The notes beneath the pieces are model-generated. The model saw nothing but the letters and a program-made list of their open reading frames with translations, had not been told where the DNA came from and ran no database searches. A stretch of DNA of 64,000 nucleotides, taken from the NCBI GenBank assembly GCA_964187785.1, contig CAXLNC010000052.1, positions 62,001-126,000 on the forward strand, read 5' to 3'. A program made the translations under genes and the position numbers. This document shows, piece after piece, positions 62,421-64,000 of this stretch. Positions within the stretch are counted from its first letter, which is position 1, and every line of letters begins with the position of its first letter. This DNA comes from Amphiscolops sp. MND2022. Its lineage: Eukaryota.

Positions 62421-63014
62421 GCCAACATGGATGTCTTGCCTGACCAAGCCATGATGTTTAAGGTTGGCACTGCATTGAGTTAGCTAGGTGTGCTGTCCTC
62501 ATGTTCTTAAAACATCACACTAAGCTATAAACAAACATGTCAATCATAGATTGGCACATGTGTTCAGGCTTGGTCCTGGTTTGCTTGCATTGCACACACC
62601 TCTTTGCATGGGCCAACTTGAAGGCCCCTTTGGGCAAGATGCACTTGCTGTGGTTTGGGCATGATGACCACATGTATCAAAGAAGCAAGAGCAATAAGAA
62701 ACACTAAGAGCACACACTACAAATGTGAATATGGAGAGGGGGATGAGCACCTCAAACAATAGGCTGCACACAACCTAAACTTCTGACATGACCATGGCAA
62801 TGCAAGTATAAGCCAAGTTGTGCTGAGTTGGAGCTACATGATTGCAAGCTACAGCTTGACATGCTGCTTGAGCCTGGCAATGGAGAAAAAGAGTGGCTTC
62901 TCAGAGGATTCAGAAACATGGGCAGAGAAGAGAGAGATATAAAAATATGAAGAGATGAAGAGAGATAAATTGAGCAGAAAGAATGGGAGGGAGGTGGTAG
63001 AGAGAGAGATAGAA

Positions 63015-63075
63015 ATTCATAGATTGATAGATTGATAGATTGATAGATTGATGAATTGATAGATTGATGGATTTA
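63015..63075. repeat. (GATAGATT)n simple repeat
   Basis: Directly visible. Confidence 0.9.
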
Positions 63076-64000
63076 TTGATTTATTGAAAGATAGATGTAT
63101 ATATATATATAGAGATAGCTAGATAACCAGAAAGATAGATAGAAGATAGAAGAAGGTGACAAGAGTCACTAGATACAACAAAATGAGAGAGAGAGAGAAT
63201 GACAAACATAGAGCCACACTGAATAAATGAGATGCAAGGATGTGTGAGAAAGAGGGAAGATACAAAATAAAACAATGATATTCACACCCTCCCCCCCCAT
63301 CCAAAGATACTTGTATTTGGTGTATCTATAAATTTTTGTTGGAGGGAGACACATATACATAGATCAAGCCAGAGGAGGGATGGAGGGAGAGAGATAGAGA
63401 TAGAGAGAGTTGGGGATAAGCACCTAGAGATGGATAGACAAAAGGCAACATGATGAATTTGGAGGTTTGCATTGGAGAAGCCATGTGAAATGCACCCCCC
63501 CCCCCCAAACAAAAAATAAGACAGAATCTTCATGAGCCACCAAAACCCTGAACATCCAATGGATTGGCATGGGATTTCCTTGCAAATTCCATGGGCCCAA
63601 ACCCAATTTGCCATATTTCCCAACCACAATTCAGACATTGTTTTTTTTCACTTTGTCATTTGGGCATTTGGGGCTATGTGCTGTTTTTCATGTCCATGGT
63701 GTTGCATCAATGTTTGGTGGGGGGGGATGGGTGGGTTGGGGCAAAAGAGGTTTCTGCCCAATGCAATGTTTGGACCTGGCCTTTTGTTGTATTGAAATAT
63801 TGTTATGCCTTTTCTTTGGCATTGGATTCTTGGGGGGCAATGGGGGGGCTGCAATTTTTGGGTTTTTTTCTTTGGCAGTTTTCTTTTGGGGTAATGGGGT
63901 CTTTGGGGGTCAGGGGGCTGAGTTTTTTGGGAGGTAAGAGGGGTTGCCAGAGGTTGGGGTTCTTGGGGAGTGGTGGTGGATGTTGGTCCATGGAGGGGTT

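Larger units (their letters stand above)
51460..64000. other. CpG-depleted domain (probable large mobile or viral-type element, open at the window end)
   Basis: About 8 CG dinucleotides found by eye in 12.5 kb (near 51973, 52023, 54092, 54599, 55352, 56011, 60943, 61457), with abundant CATG/TGCA. Confidence 0.9.

Noticed and set aside
1-64000. Dinoflagellate spliced leader (CCGTAGCCATTTTGGCTCAAG), rRNA/5S genes and telomeric arrays
   Set aside because: Looked for by eye and not found; GTGGCTCAAAG in the 440-bp array is only a partial chance match.

Overview
Eukaryotic, repeat-dense nuclear DNA. A dinoflagellate-like protist is my inference from short introns with AG|G junction repeats, an MKRPAA-type protein and heavy MITE load; the taxon is not proven. 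There are four zones. (1) 1-3.9 kb: a ~200-bp tandem array next to a tRNA-Arg(CCT) gene and an intron-containing tRNA-Tyr pseudogene. (2) 3.9-26.6 kb: a segmental duplication (3866-11132 vs 19124-26620, offset ~15.3 kb) carrying a ~440-bp array and a spliced OTU-protease/zinc-finger gene. A 7.87-kb non-coding foldback element (8298-16165) starts inside copy 1, with a 3-bp TSD, a hairpin-cluster core and an empty-site copy 300 bp downstream. (3) 26.8-51.4 kb: a decayed ~2-kb intronless ORF, then scattered exon-like fragments riddled with MITEs, including one family with 8-bp TSDs and one with 5-bp TSDs. (4) 51.5-64 kb: an almost CpG-free, MITE-free block holding two diverged cassettes (shared 5' module, minisatellite, gene, shared 3' minisatellite) that carry different genes. 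No rRNA, CRISPR array or transposase was recognised. All counts and alignments were done by eye.
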